DNA from: an uncultured Pelagibacteraceae bacterium
GTDB taxonomy: Bacteria > Pseudomonadota > Alphaproteobacteria > Pelagibacterales > Pelagibacteraceae
DNA: 64,000 nt
Assembly (NCBI GenBank): GCA_902614905.1
Contig: CACMMN010000001.1
Span: 32,827-96,826, forward strand
Direction of reading: 5' to 3'
Under the pieces are notes generated by a model. It was not told the origin of the DNA. It saw only the letters and a program-made list of their open reading frames with translations, and ran no database searches. The position numbers and the translations under genes were made by a program. Below are positions 42,290-49,998 of the stretch, piece by piece. Numbering within the stretch: the stretch's first letter is position 1; each line of letters begins with the position of its first letter.

Positions 42290-43390
42290 TTAAATAAATT
42301 TTCTAAGTAAATGTCTAAATTTACCTTCAGAGGAGTCATAATCAATATAACAACCTTGTAAAAATCTATTTCCTTCATTTGGATTAAATTCTGTTCTACC
42401 ATGTAGGAGCCTATAATTATCCATCATTAATAAATCGCCCGGCATTAATTTAAATTTAATTAAAAACTTATCTGAGTTGTATATTTCTGATATTTTATTT
42501 CTTGCTTGGTAGTATAAATCTAGTCTTTGTTTTTCTAAAGCAGGTACGAAATCTAATCTTGTGCTAAATCTTACTTGTTTAATTTTGTTATCTTCATCTA
42601 ATTCAATAAGTTGTCCTACATTTTCTAACACTACATCTTTATCAACAAATCTAAATTTAACCTTTACTTCTGTAAGAATTTTAAAAAAATCAGGATGATT
42701 TTTTTTTAAACTCTCTGCAGCTGAAAACCCATCTACTAAAGTTGAATATCCTCCACTTACTTCATTCTCAATACAATGTAATAATTGAATGTTAGGAATA
42801 GGCTTCCTATATGGATTATCCGTATGAGGTGATAAAGGTAATGGTGTATATGCTAAGTCATTTGGATTAGGTTTAGACTTCACATTAAAATATTCTCCAA
42901 AATTTGTCCTTCTAATACTTCCAATTGAATTTGCAAAATTAACAATGAAGTTATCTTTTGTTGGAACGTTAGAAATAACTACAAAACCATTTTTGTAAAA
43001 TGATTTTAAAAGTTCTAACATCTCATCACTTTCAAAAAAATTATCTTTAAATTTAAAATTTTTTGTATCTTTAAGTTTAGAGTCCCATAAAACTGGTTTT
43101 ATTAGATCTTTTAGAAATGCATCTGAATTAAATTCTTTTTCTATTTTATCTATTTCAATTTTTGATTTTACACCATCGCTAAATTCAATATCTAAAAGCT
43201 TATCTATAATATTTACTTTGTTAATTTTTATATCTTTTAAAAACGATGGATCAAAAAGACGTTGTTCGGTATTTTTATCTAAGTATTCTTCCTCACTTAC
43301 TCTTTCTCTAAGCCAAATAGGGTGTAACTCCCATTTATTTGAACCTTCAAAAACAAATACTTTGTTATTTTGTTTTAATTCAATTTTCAT
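42290..43390 (-). CDS. TauD/gamma-butyrobetaine-dioxygenase-like Fe(II)/2OG dioxygenase
   Basis: NDLAYT, HTDNPY, LVDGF, DNYRLLHGR, LQGCY. Confidence 0.88.
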   Translation of the reverse strand: MKIELKQNNKVFVFEGSNKWELHPIWLRERVSEEEYLDKNTEQRLFDPSFLKDIKINKVNIIDKLLDIEFSDGVKSKIEIDKIEKEFNSDAFLKDLIKPVLWDSKLKDTKNFKFKDNFFESDEMLELLKSFYKNGFVVISNVPTKDNFIVNFANSIGSIRRTNFGEYFNVKSKPNPNDLAYTPLPLSPHTDNPYRKPIPNIQLLHCIENEVSGGYSTLVDGFSAAESLKKNHPDFFKILTEVKVKFRFVDKDVVLENVGQLIELDEDNKIKQVRFSTRLDFVPALEKQRLDLYYQARNKISEIYNSDKFLIKFKLMPGDLLMMDNYRLLHGRTEFNPNEGNRFLQGCYIDYDSSEGKFRHLLRKFI

Positions 43391-43475
43391 ATTAATATTC
43401 CTAGATATCTCAAAAAATTTACTTTTATCAAGTAAAATTAAATAGTAATAAGCTCATCTATACGAACAAAAATAA

Positions 43476-44261
43476 ATGAAAAACAAAGATATTTATAATT
43501 TCCTAATTTCTTTAGCTAGAGATTTAAACAAATTTTATAAGTTAAAATTAAACAAGAGATTTAAAGCTAAGAATAAAGGAAGCGAATCTAATTATGATCC
43601 AGTCACTATCGCAGATAAAAAATTTGAAAAATTTATTAGAGATAAAATAAGTAAGAAATTCCCCAATCACTCAATAATTGGTGAAGAGTTTGGAGTTAAA
43701 AAGAAAAAAAGTGATTATTCTTGGGTTATAGATCCAATTGATGGAACAAGGTCATTTGTGATCGGTTATCCATCATGGAGCAACCTTATTGCATTTTGTT
43801 ATAAGGATAAACCAATTATGGGATTAGCAAATTTTCCTGTGTTAAATAAATTTTATGTAAATCAAGATTCTAAAAATGCTTATCTTTTTGATAATAAGAA
43901 AAAAATTAAATTAAGAACATCAAATTGTAAAAATTTTAAAGCAGCGAAAATTTCAGGAGATTTCCACGGTCAGTATAGTTTAGATAAACTTAAAAAAGTT
44001 AAAAAACTATTACCACGTATGCAGTTTCCTTGTATGGATGCTTTAAGTTACTCACATTTTTGTGAAGGTAAAATTGATACAGTATTTCAAAGCGGAAATA
44101 AAATTTGGGATATTTATCCTTTAGTTCCCATAATAAAAGCTTCCGGAGGAATTGTAACTAATTGGCAGAACAAAGAAAATTTTAAAAGTGGCAATGTGCT
44201 AGTTTCTTCAAGCAAATTAGTACATTCTAAAATGTTAAAATTTTTAAAACCTTTAAATTAA
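43476..44261 (+). CDS. Inositol monophosphatase family (HisN-like histidinol-phosphatase)
   Basis: DPVTIAD, IGEE, WVIDPIDGT, WD. Confidence 0.85.
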   Translation: MKNKDIYNFLISLARDLNKFYKLKLNKRFKAKNKGSESNYDPVTIADKKFEKFIRDKISKKFPNHSIIGEEFGVKKKKSDYSWVIDPIDGTRSFVIGYPSWSNLIAFCYKDKPIMGLANFPVLNKFYVNQDSKNAYLFDNKKKIKLRTSNCKNFKAAKISGDFHGQYSLDKLKKVKKLLPRMQFPCMDALSYSHFCEGKIDTVFQSGNKIWDIYPLVPIIKASGGIVTNWQNKENFKSGNVLVSSSKLVHSKMLKFLKPLN

Positions 44262-44316
44262 ATTAAGGATATGTTTATTTATTTAATTAAATTAAAATAT
44301 AATTAATAGGAGGAAC

Positions 44317-44709
44317 ATGAGTATTTTTAAACCAATTCAAGAAAAACAGGCTAAGGGTAAAGTAAAAGCTTTATTTAATGAAATTAAAAAAACTCGTAAA
44401 ATTAAAAAAATTCCGAATTTTTGGAGATCAATTGCACATAATCCAAAACTTTTAGAGAGAACGTGGAATAATTTAAAAGAAATTATGAGAGATGAAGCTT
44501 TGAACTCAGTAACAAAAGAACTAATTTATGTTGCTGTATCAATTACGAATAGTTGTGATTATTGTACAAGATCACATATTTTTGCTGCGAAAAAAAAAGG
44601 TGCAACAGATCAAATGATAAAGGAAATGATTGATGTTGTTGGAATAGCTAATCAAAATAATAAATTAGTTGAGGCTTATCAAGTAGAAGTAGATAAAATT
44701 TATAAATAA
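44317..44709 (+). CDS. Carboxymuconolactone decarboxylase/AhpD-like protein
   Basis: KELIYVAVSITNSCDYCTRSH; SD AGGAGG. Confidence 0.9.
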   Translation: MSIFKPIQEKQAKGKVKALFNEIKKTRKIKKIPNFWRSIAHNPKLLERTWNNLKEIMRDEALNSVTKELIYVAVSITNSCDYCTRSHIFAAKKKGATDQMIKEMIDVVGIANQNNKLVEAYQVEVDKIYK

Positions 44710-44710
44710 T

Positions 44711-45046
44711 ATGAGTAATTTAATTGGATATGTATATTTATTATTAGCAGTTGTTCTAGGAATAACCTCTAACGGATTTCTTAAAACAACAAATGGTTTT
44801 ACTAACATCGGCCCAACAATTATGTGCATGGTTACTATACTTCTTTGTATATTTTTTCTAGCAAAAGCAATGATGATAATACCTGTTGGATTTACATATG
44901 CGACTTATGGAGGTTTAACAATCACTGCTGTTACTATTTTTGGAACACTTAAGTATAATCAAATTCCAAATATCTACGGCATTATTGGTATAACTTTAAT
45001 TATCATAGGTGTAGTACTTGTAAATTTCTTAGGAAAAACTTCTTAG
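44711..45046 (+). CDS. Small multidrug resistance (SMR)-like 4-TM protein
   Basis: LKTTNGFT, IPVGFTYATYGG, GITLIIIGV; lacks the TM1 Glu of canonical SMRs. Confidence 0.8.
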   Translation: MSNLIGYVYLLLAVVLGITSNGFLKTTNGFTNIGPTIMCMVTILLCIFFLAKAMMIIPVGFTYATYGGLTITAVTIFGTLKYNQIPNIYGIIGITLIIIGVVLVNFLGKTS

Positions 45047-45114
45047 AAGTTAACTAGGACAATTCTTCACATTTTAAACATTGAAAATTTAAAAAATTTT
45101 ATTATTTTAGAGAT

Positions 45115-45258
45115 ATGAATGTTTGTTATGCAACTTTATTAGGAATAGCTTTTTTAGCAACTATTGCATTTATATTTAGAAAACCATCAAAAAAAGAGTT
45201 AGAAAAATTCGAAAGTAAAGACCAGGAAAAAATTAATTGGTCTAAAATGGGTTTTTAA
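45115..45258 (+). CDS. Small single-TM hypothetical protein, 47 aa (not in ORF track)
   Basis: MNVCYATLLGIAFLATIAFIFRKPSKKELEKFESKDQEKINWSKMGF; TTGAAA at 45081 plus an AT-rich -10 upstream. Confidence 0.6.
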   Translation: MNVCYATLLGIAFLATIAFIFRKPSKKELEKFESKDQEKINWSKMGF

Positions 45259-45285
45259 TTTTTTCAATTAAAGTATAATTAATTT

Positions 45286-45909
45286 ATGTGTGGCAGGTAT
45301 GTAATTACCAAACCAGTTGAAAAAACTGTTAAAATTGTAAAATCATCGACAACAGTTAAAGATGATGAAAATTTTAATGCACACCCAAGTCAAGCATTAC
45401 CAATTATAAAATCATATTCAAATGGTAAGACTTTAGAGTTAGTGAAGTGGGGAATAGTGCCATCATGGGCAAAACAAAAAGATTTTAGGCCTTTAATAAA
45501 TGCAAGAATAGAAACAATTGATGAAAAAGTTTCTTTTAAAAAACTTATAAAAACAACAAGATGTGTTGCTGTAATGGATGGCTTTTATGAGTGGAAAAGA
45601 TCTAAAGAAAGCAAAACTCCATTTTTTTTTACAAGAGAAGATAAAAGACCATTATACGTGGCTGGAATTTTTGAAAATAATGAATTTTGTCTAATTACTG
45701 AAGAGGCTAGTCAAAATGTCATGGATATACACCATAGACAGCCAGTAATTCTAGATAATAATGAAATAGACAATTATTTAGATCTTAAAAAGGATGGCAA
45801 AAAATACTTGAGCCAGATTAAGAAAATTCCTTTAAATTTTTATGAGATTTCTAAAGAAGTTAATAAACCTACAAACAATTATCCATCATTGATTAGTAAG
45901 TTAAATTAA
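45286..45909 (+). CDS. SRAP (HMCES/YedK) abasic-site processing protein
   Basis: N-terminal MCGRY, INARIET, GFYEW, IHHRQPVIL. Confidence 0.93.
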   Translation: MCGRYVITKPVEKTVKIVKSSTTVKDDENFNAHPSQALPIIKSYSNGKTLELVKWGIVPSWAKQKDFRPLINARIETIDEKVSFKKLIKTTRCVAVMDGFYEWKRSKESKTPFFFTREDKRPLYVAGIFENNEFCLITEEASQNVMDIHHRQPVILDNNEIDNYLDLKKDGKKYLSQIKKIPLNFYEISKEVNKPTNNYPSLISKLN

Positions 45910-45911
45910 TA

Positions 45912-46439
45912 ATGGATTTAACTAAGTATAAAAACAAAAGTAGAATTCTATTAATTAAATCCCCAAATTATAAATTAAAAGATTACTTAAATATTAAGCA
46001 TGTTTATCAAAAGCATATAAAAAAATTTCACAAAAGACATGTTAAGTTAATTACAAAAATAGATAAAAAAGGTTTTAAAATAAATTTTATTGACTTTGAT
46101 GGCAAAACAAAAAAAGTTTTGAATAAAGTTAATACCAATACTTTATTTAAATATATTGATACTCTAAAAATTAGTGAGACTATAAAACCAATAAATTTAT
46201 CTCTATTTTCAGACTATAATCCTAAAACTACGACCCATGGATTAGGTTTTAAAAATAAGGAAAAAGCTTTATATACAGTAAATACGATTAAAAACAGACC
46301 TGTAAAATATCAAGTTAATGTAATTGCAACTATGCTAGGACGAGCAAAAAAACACCCCCATAAAACAAAAGAAATGAATGGTGCAATAAAAGTTTTTAGT
46401 AAATGGATGTCTAATTATAAAGAAAGTTCTAAGAAGTAA
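45912..46439 (+). CDS. Hypothetical basic protein; N-half resembles DUF4174
   Basis: Intact 175-aa ORF 2 bp after SRAP; RILLI..P / FIDFDG..K / LFKYID pattern recalled from DUF4174. Confidence 0.6.
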   Translation: MDLTKYKNKSRILLIKSPNYKLKDYLNIKHVYQKHIKKFHKRHVKLITKIDKKGFKINFIDFDGKTKKVLNKVNTNTLFKYIDTLKISETIKPINLSLFSDYNPKTTTHGLGFKNKEKALYTVNTIKNRPVKYQVNVIATMLGRAKKHPHKTKEMNGAIKVFSKWMSNYKESSKK

Positions 46440-46650
46440 TTTTATCTACAAATTTTTTAACAACTGGGGCAAGACTTAATACAGTAATAATTGCAATAGG
46501 TAAGCTTACAGACCAAGCTTTCAAAAATCGTTTTACATATAGTTCGTCTAGCCCAGTGTTGATATAAGTAATTAATAAAGTCATGATAAGACTTGTAAAA
46601 AATCCCACAATCAATGTAAAAAGTAATTGAGAGTATTTTTTTGGCAACAT
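46429..46650 (-). CDS. DUF2798-like small membrane protein
   Basis: Two TM helices; KAWSVSLPIA...APVVKKFV pattern. Confidence 0.75.
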   Translation of the reverse strand: MLPKKYSQLLFTLIVGFFTSLIMTLLITYINTGLDELYVKRFLKAWSVSLPIAIITVLSLAPVVKKFVDKITS

Positions 46651-46667
46651 CTACTTAGGTAATATTG

Positions 46668-47084
46668 TTATACGTAAATTTTATCAGCCAAACCATAACA
46701 AAGAACAGCACTTATAATAACAAGAACAAGTGGAGCATATATTCCATCATTCCTAGTTTTCTTGGTTAGGCCAGTCTTATCAATTTTTAAAGAATAAAAA
46801 TTTGTAGCTAATATTGAAACATTAATAATAAAAACCAAATTGAAAAATGCCCAAGTGGCCTCTAAACCACCTGGTCTTACAAAAGCAATATAGATTGACA
46901 TTAGAACAAGGGCAACCATGAACGCACCACCAAATCGTGTCAATAAAGTTGCAGTTTTGTCTACCCCTCTACCTTTAAGAAATTTCTTTGTGTCAAAGAC
47001 TAATTGGTAAGCATAAGTCCCAACTATTATGAAGTGAGCTAAGTAAATTATTAAATAAAAAGCATTTCCAAATTTATCTATCAT
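46668..47084 (-). CDS. Hypothetical 4-TM membrane protein
   Basis: Hydrophobic 138-aa ORF with GAAGGA SD. Confidence 0.75.
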   Translation of the reverse strand: MIDKFGNAFYLIIYLAHFIIVGTYAYQLVFDTKKFLKGRGVDKTATLLTRFGGAFMVALVLMSIYIAFVRPGGLEATWAFFNLVFIINVSILATNFYSLKIDKTGLTKKTRNDGIYAPLVLVIISAVLCYGLADKIYV

Positions 47085-47102
47085 ATATTTTCCTTCATAA
47101 AT

Positions 47103-47486
47103 TTATTTTTTCATCGCATTAAACATGCTTAGAGTATCATCAAAAGTCATCATAGTAATCATTTTTCCACTTTCACTTACTTCAAAGTAATGACCAAACA
47201 TAGTTTCCATACCATCCGCTGACCCTTTTACTCTTACAAAAACTTTATTTCCTTCACTTATCATGTCTATAGGTTCAACTTTAAAGTTGGACCATTTTTC
47301 TGGAATTTTAGAAAATGCTCCCATCATTGCTTGAGGGCCTTTGTGCACCCCCGACAAAGGATGGACGCCTTCTTTTCCAGGAAAAGTCCAAGTAGTATTT
47401 TCATCTACCAACTCTTTAAAAAAAGTCTCCATTTCATGTTTATTAAAAAGATCATAACCTAATTTAACTCTTTCTTTTGCATTCAT
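47103..47486 (-). CDS. SnoaL/NTF2-like protein
   Basis: WTFPG..HPLSGVHKG, EGNKVFV, FDDT; SD GGGAG. Confidence 0.85.
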   Translation of the reverse strand: MNAKERVKLGYDLFNKHEMETFFKELVDENTTWTFPGKEGVHPLSGVHKGPQAMMGAFSKIPEKWSNFKVEPIDMISEGNKVFVRVKGSADGMETMFGHYFEVSESGKMITMMTFDDTLSMFNAMKK

Positions 47487-47521
47487 TTGTTTCTCCCTTT
47501 AATATTATTTTCCAGGTTTAA

Positions 47522-47809
47522 TTACACTCCTTTAATTATAATTAAATTACCTTCAGAATTTTTTCGGCGTAATTCTTTAACCGGCTTGTACAAATCTGAG
47601 TTATACCACTCCAATGCTTTTTCGTAAGTGGGAAATTCAATAATTACATTTCTAGTATAATCCCATTTACCTTCCATAGATGTATATTCACCAGCTCTTA
47701 CAACATACTTACCACCGAATTGTTTTATAGTTTCAGGAACTTGCTCTGCATAAACTTTAAAACCCTCTTTATTAGTCATATTAATCTGAGCTACTACATA
47801 ACCAGCCAT
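47522..47809 (-). CDS. DUF1330 family protein
   Basis: FGGKYVVRAG, EG, VIIEFP, WYNS..Y; start re-called to ATG 47809 after AAGGA. Confidence 0.9.
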   Translation of the reverse strand: MAGYVVAQINMTNKEGFKVYAEQVPETIKQFGGKYVVRAGEYTSMEGKWDYTRNVIIEFPTYEKALEWYNSDLYKPVKELRRKNSEGNLIIIKGV

Positions 47810-47826
47810 TTTAAATCCTTTGTTCC

Positions 47827-48108
47827 TTAGTTTCTGAAGTCCATGATGTTTCCACACTCTTCTGGATCAGTGGTAAACATGCTGTTCATATCACCAAGTT
47901 GTTCTATGATTGCATCTTTACTTTCAGCTTCCCATCTACAGAAAACTTTCATAGAGTCTCCTGCACCTACCATAGTAACTAAGCATCTTGCTTTTGTACC
48001 TGTTACACCCTTTTTTAAATCTTCGTGTGGAGTTGAAGTAACAAAATCCATGAATTTTTTCTTCATTTCCTCAGATTTAAATATGTGTGTTGCTAAATAG
48101 TTTTTCAT
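47827..48108 (-). CDS. Small hypothetical protein (DUF4242-like dimeric alpha+beta barrel, tentative)
   Basis: YLATH...VFCRWEAES pattern; SD AAGGA. Confidence 0.65.
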   Translation of the reverse strand: MKNYLATHIFKSEEMKKKFMDFVTSTPHEDLKKGVTGTKARCLVTMVGAGDSMKVFCRWEAESKDAIIEQLGDMNSMFTTDPEECGNIMDFRN

Positions 48109-48246
48109 AATTATCCTTTCATTTAATTAAATTTAATCTTTTATACCAAACAAAAGTAAACGTTTTATGACAAATAATGAATGCGATTTTTTGGGTCTAG
48201 AATTAATATTCTATATTAAAAGTGTAATTATCATCTCTAGGTTGTG

Positions 48247-49251
48247 TTAAAATAATTTATTTTTCCAAGTTTTGGGCGTCAGATTATTTTTAATTTCTAA
48301 ATTATAATTATACTCAAATTTTTTGGGACCATTTTCTTTTATAAAATTTATCACCTTATCAATTGAGTCATATAAATTAACTGTTGTTTTATAATTTAAA
48401 AATTTTCGTGCTTTATCAGATGAGCATATTGCATTTTTTACTTCGTTAGGTCTATCATCAACATATTTTGCTTGTTCATTAAATTGTAATTTATTACACA
48501 AAATCTCATAAAGTTCGTTAATAGAAATTGTGTCTTCATCTGGACCAATATTAAATATTTCAGATTTAATTTTTTTATCTGTAGCTAATTTGTCTAAGCA
48601 ATAGATACAGTCTACTACATCTGAAAAGTTTCTAGTCTGTTTGCCGTCTCCATAAATTATAGGTCTTCGCTTTTGAAGCATTAAGTTAATCATTATAGAA
48701 ACAACATTTCTATATGGATCGTCATATTTTTGTTTTGGTCCAATTATATTGTGAGGAACTGCAATGTTATATTCTACACCATGTGAGTCAGCTAAAATTT
48801 TTAATACTTGTTCTGCTGCCAGCTTTGATACACCGTAAGGATCTACAGGATTTACATTCTGGTTTTCTGCAAAAGGTGGCTTAACATTTCCATATCTTGC
48901 CATGGACGAGCAAAAAACAATCCTCTTTACTTTATTTTGAATTGCAGCAGTAAATACAGATACTGATCCAATAAAATTACTCTTACATATTAAATATGGT
49001 GCAAAAGTTGATAGGCCTTCATGAGGATAAGCTGCAGAGTGAATGACCACATCAACACCTTTCATAATTTTTGACATCTGTTCTAAATTTTCACAATCTG
49101 CTTTGTAAAATTTTACTTTTTTTAAATTTATATTTTTTTTTGTTCCTCCAACTAAGTTGTCACATCCTGAAACTTTATATTTTTTTGCAATATAATAGTC
49201 AGCAAGATTTGCTCCTAAGAAGCCTGCGATACCTGTTATGAAAATATGCAT
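48247..49251 (-). CDS. NAD-dependent nucleotide-sugar epimerase/dehydratase
   Basis: ITGIAGFLG, SSMARYG, YGVSK, GDGKQTR. Confidence 0.92.
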   Translation of the reverse strand: MHIFITGIAGFLGANLADYYIAKKYKVSGCDNLVGGTKKNINLKKVKFYKADCENLEQMSKIMKGVDVVIHSAAYPHEGLSTFAPYLICKSNFIGSVSVFTAAIQNKVKRIVFCSSMARYGNVKPPFAENQNVNPVDPYGVSKLAAEQVLKILADSHGVEYNIAVPHNIIGPKQKYDDPYRNVVSIMINLMLQKRRPIIYGDGKQTRNFSDVVDCIYCLDKLATDKKIKSEIFNIGPDEDTISINELYEILCNKLQFNEQAKYVDDRPNEVKNAICSSDKARKFLNYKTTVNLYDSIDKVINFIKENGPKKFEYNYNLEIKNNLTPKTWKNKLF

Positions 49252-49266
49252 TATATATTTCTTGTA

Positions 49267-49998
49267 TCAAAATTTTGATTTTATGGTAGTCCATAATACC
49301 TTTAAACCATAAGGAATTGACTTTAAATGAGAAACCTCATCTCCATAATGTGTTGGGATGTAAATTTCTAATATTTTCAACTTATTTTTCAAAAACTCAA
49401 TAATTATCTCAGTGTCAAAGTGGTAATAATTTGCTTTATCTTTAAAATTAATTTTTTTCAAAGAATCTACTTTAAAAGATCTATATCCAGAATGAAACTC
49501 GCTAATCTTAGAACTTAAAATTAAATTTTGAATAAATGTTAAAAAAATATTGCCTAAAAATTTATAAAAGGGCATACCCCCTTTAAGTGCACTTTTGTAA
49601 GACATCATTCTTGAACCAAAAACTGCATCCAAACTTTCATCATTAAATTTTGATATAAAATTAGGGATTTCCTCCGGAGCATATTGCCCGTCTCCATGGA
49701 CCATAATTGCATAATCATATTCATTATCTATGGCATATTGAAATGCATATTTTTGAACCCCACCATATCCAAGATTAATTGTCGAATTATATACTTTAAA
49801 TGTATAATTAAAATTTTTAGTTGCTTTTGATATCTCCTCATAGGTTTTATCTTTTGAACAATCGTTAATTATTAAAATTTCAATATGATTATTTTGGAAT
49901 ATTATTTTTGGTATTCTCTCAATAACTGAATAAATTTTTTTTTCGACATTATATGCAGGTATGAAAATTAGGATTTTTTTAATATTTGAATGGCTCAT
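49267..49998 (-). CDS. Glycosyltransferase family 2 (polyprenol-phosphate glycosyltransferase-like)
   Basis: IPAYN, NDCSKD, NLGYG, HGDGQY, FGSR, SGYR. Confidence 0.9.
   Translation of the reverse strand: MSHSNIKKILIFIPAYNVEKKIYSVIERIPKIIFQNNHIEILIINDCSKDKTYEEISKATKNFNYTFKVYNSTINLGYGGVQKYAFQYAIDNEYDYAIMVHGDGQYAPEEIPNFISKFNDESLDAVFGSRMMSYKSALKGGMPFYKFLGNIFLTFIQNLILSSKISEFHSGYRSFKVDSLKKINFKDKANYYHFDTEIIIEFLKNKLKILEIYIPTHYGDEVSHLKSIPYGLKVLWTTIKSKF

Noticed and set aside
48198-48240. TAGAAT-N4-ATTCTA palindrome and a partial ATGATAAT as Irr or Fur sites
   Set aside because: Spacing does not fit the Irr ICE motif and the Fur match is only about 10/19
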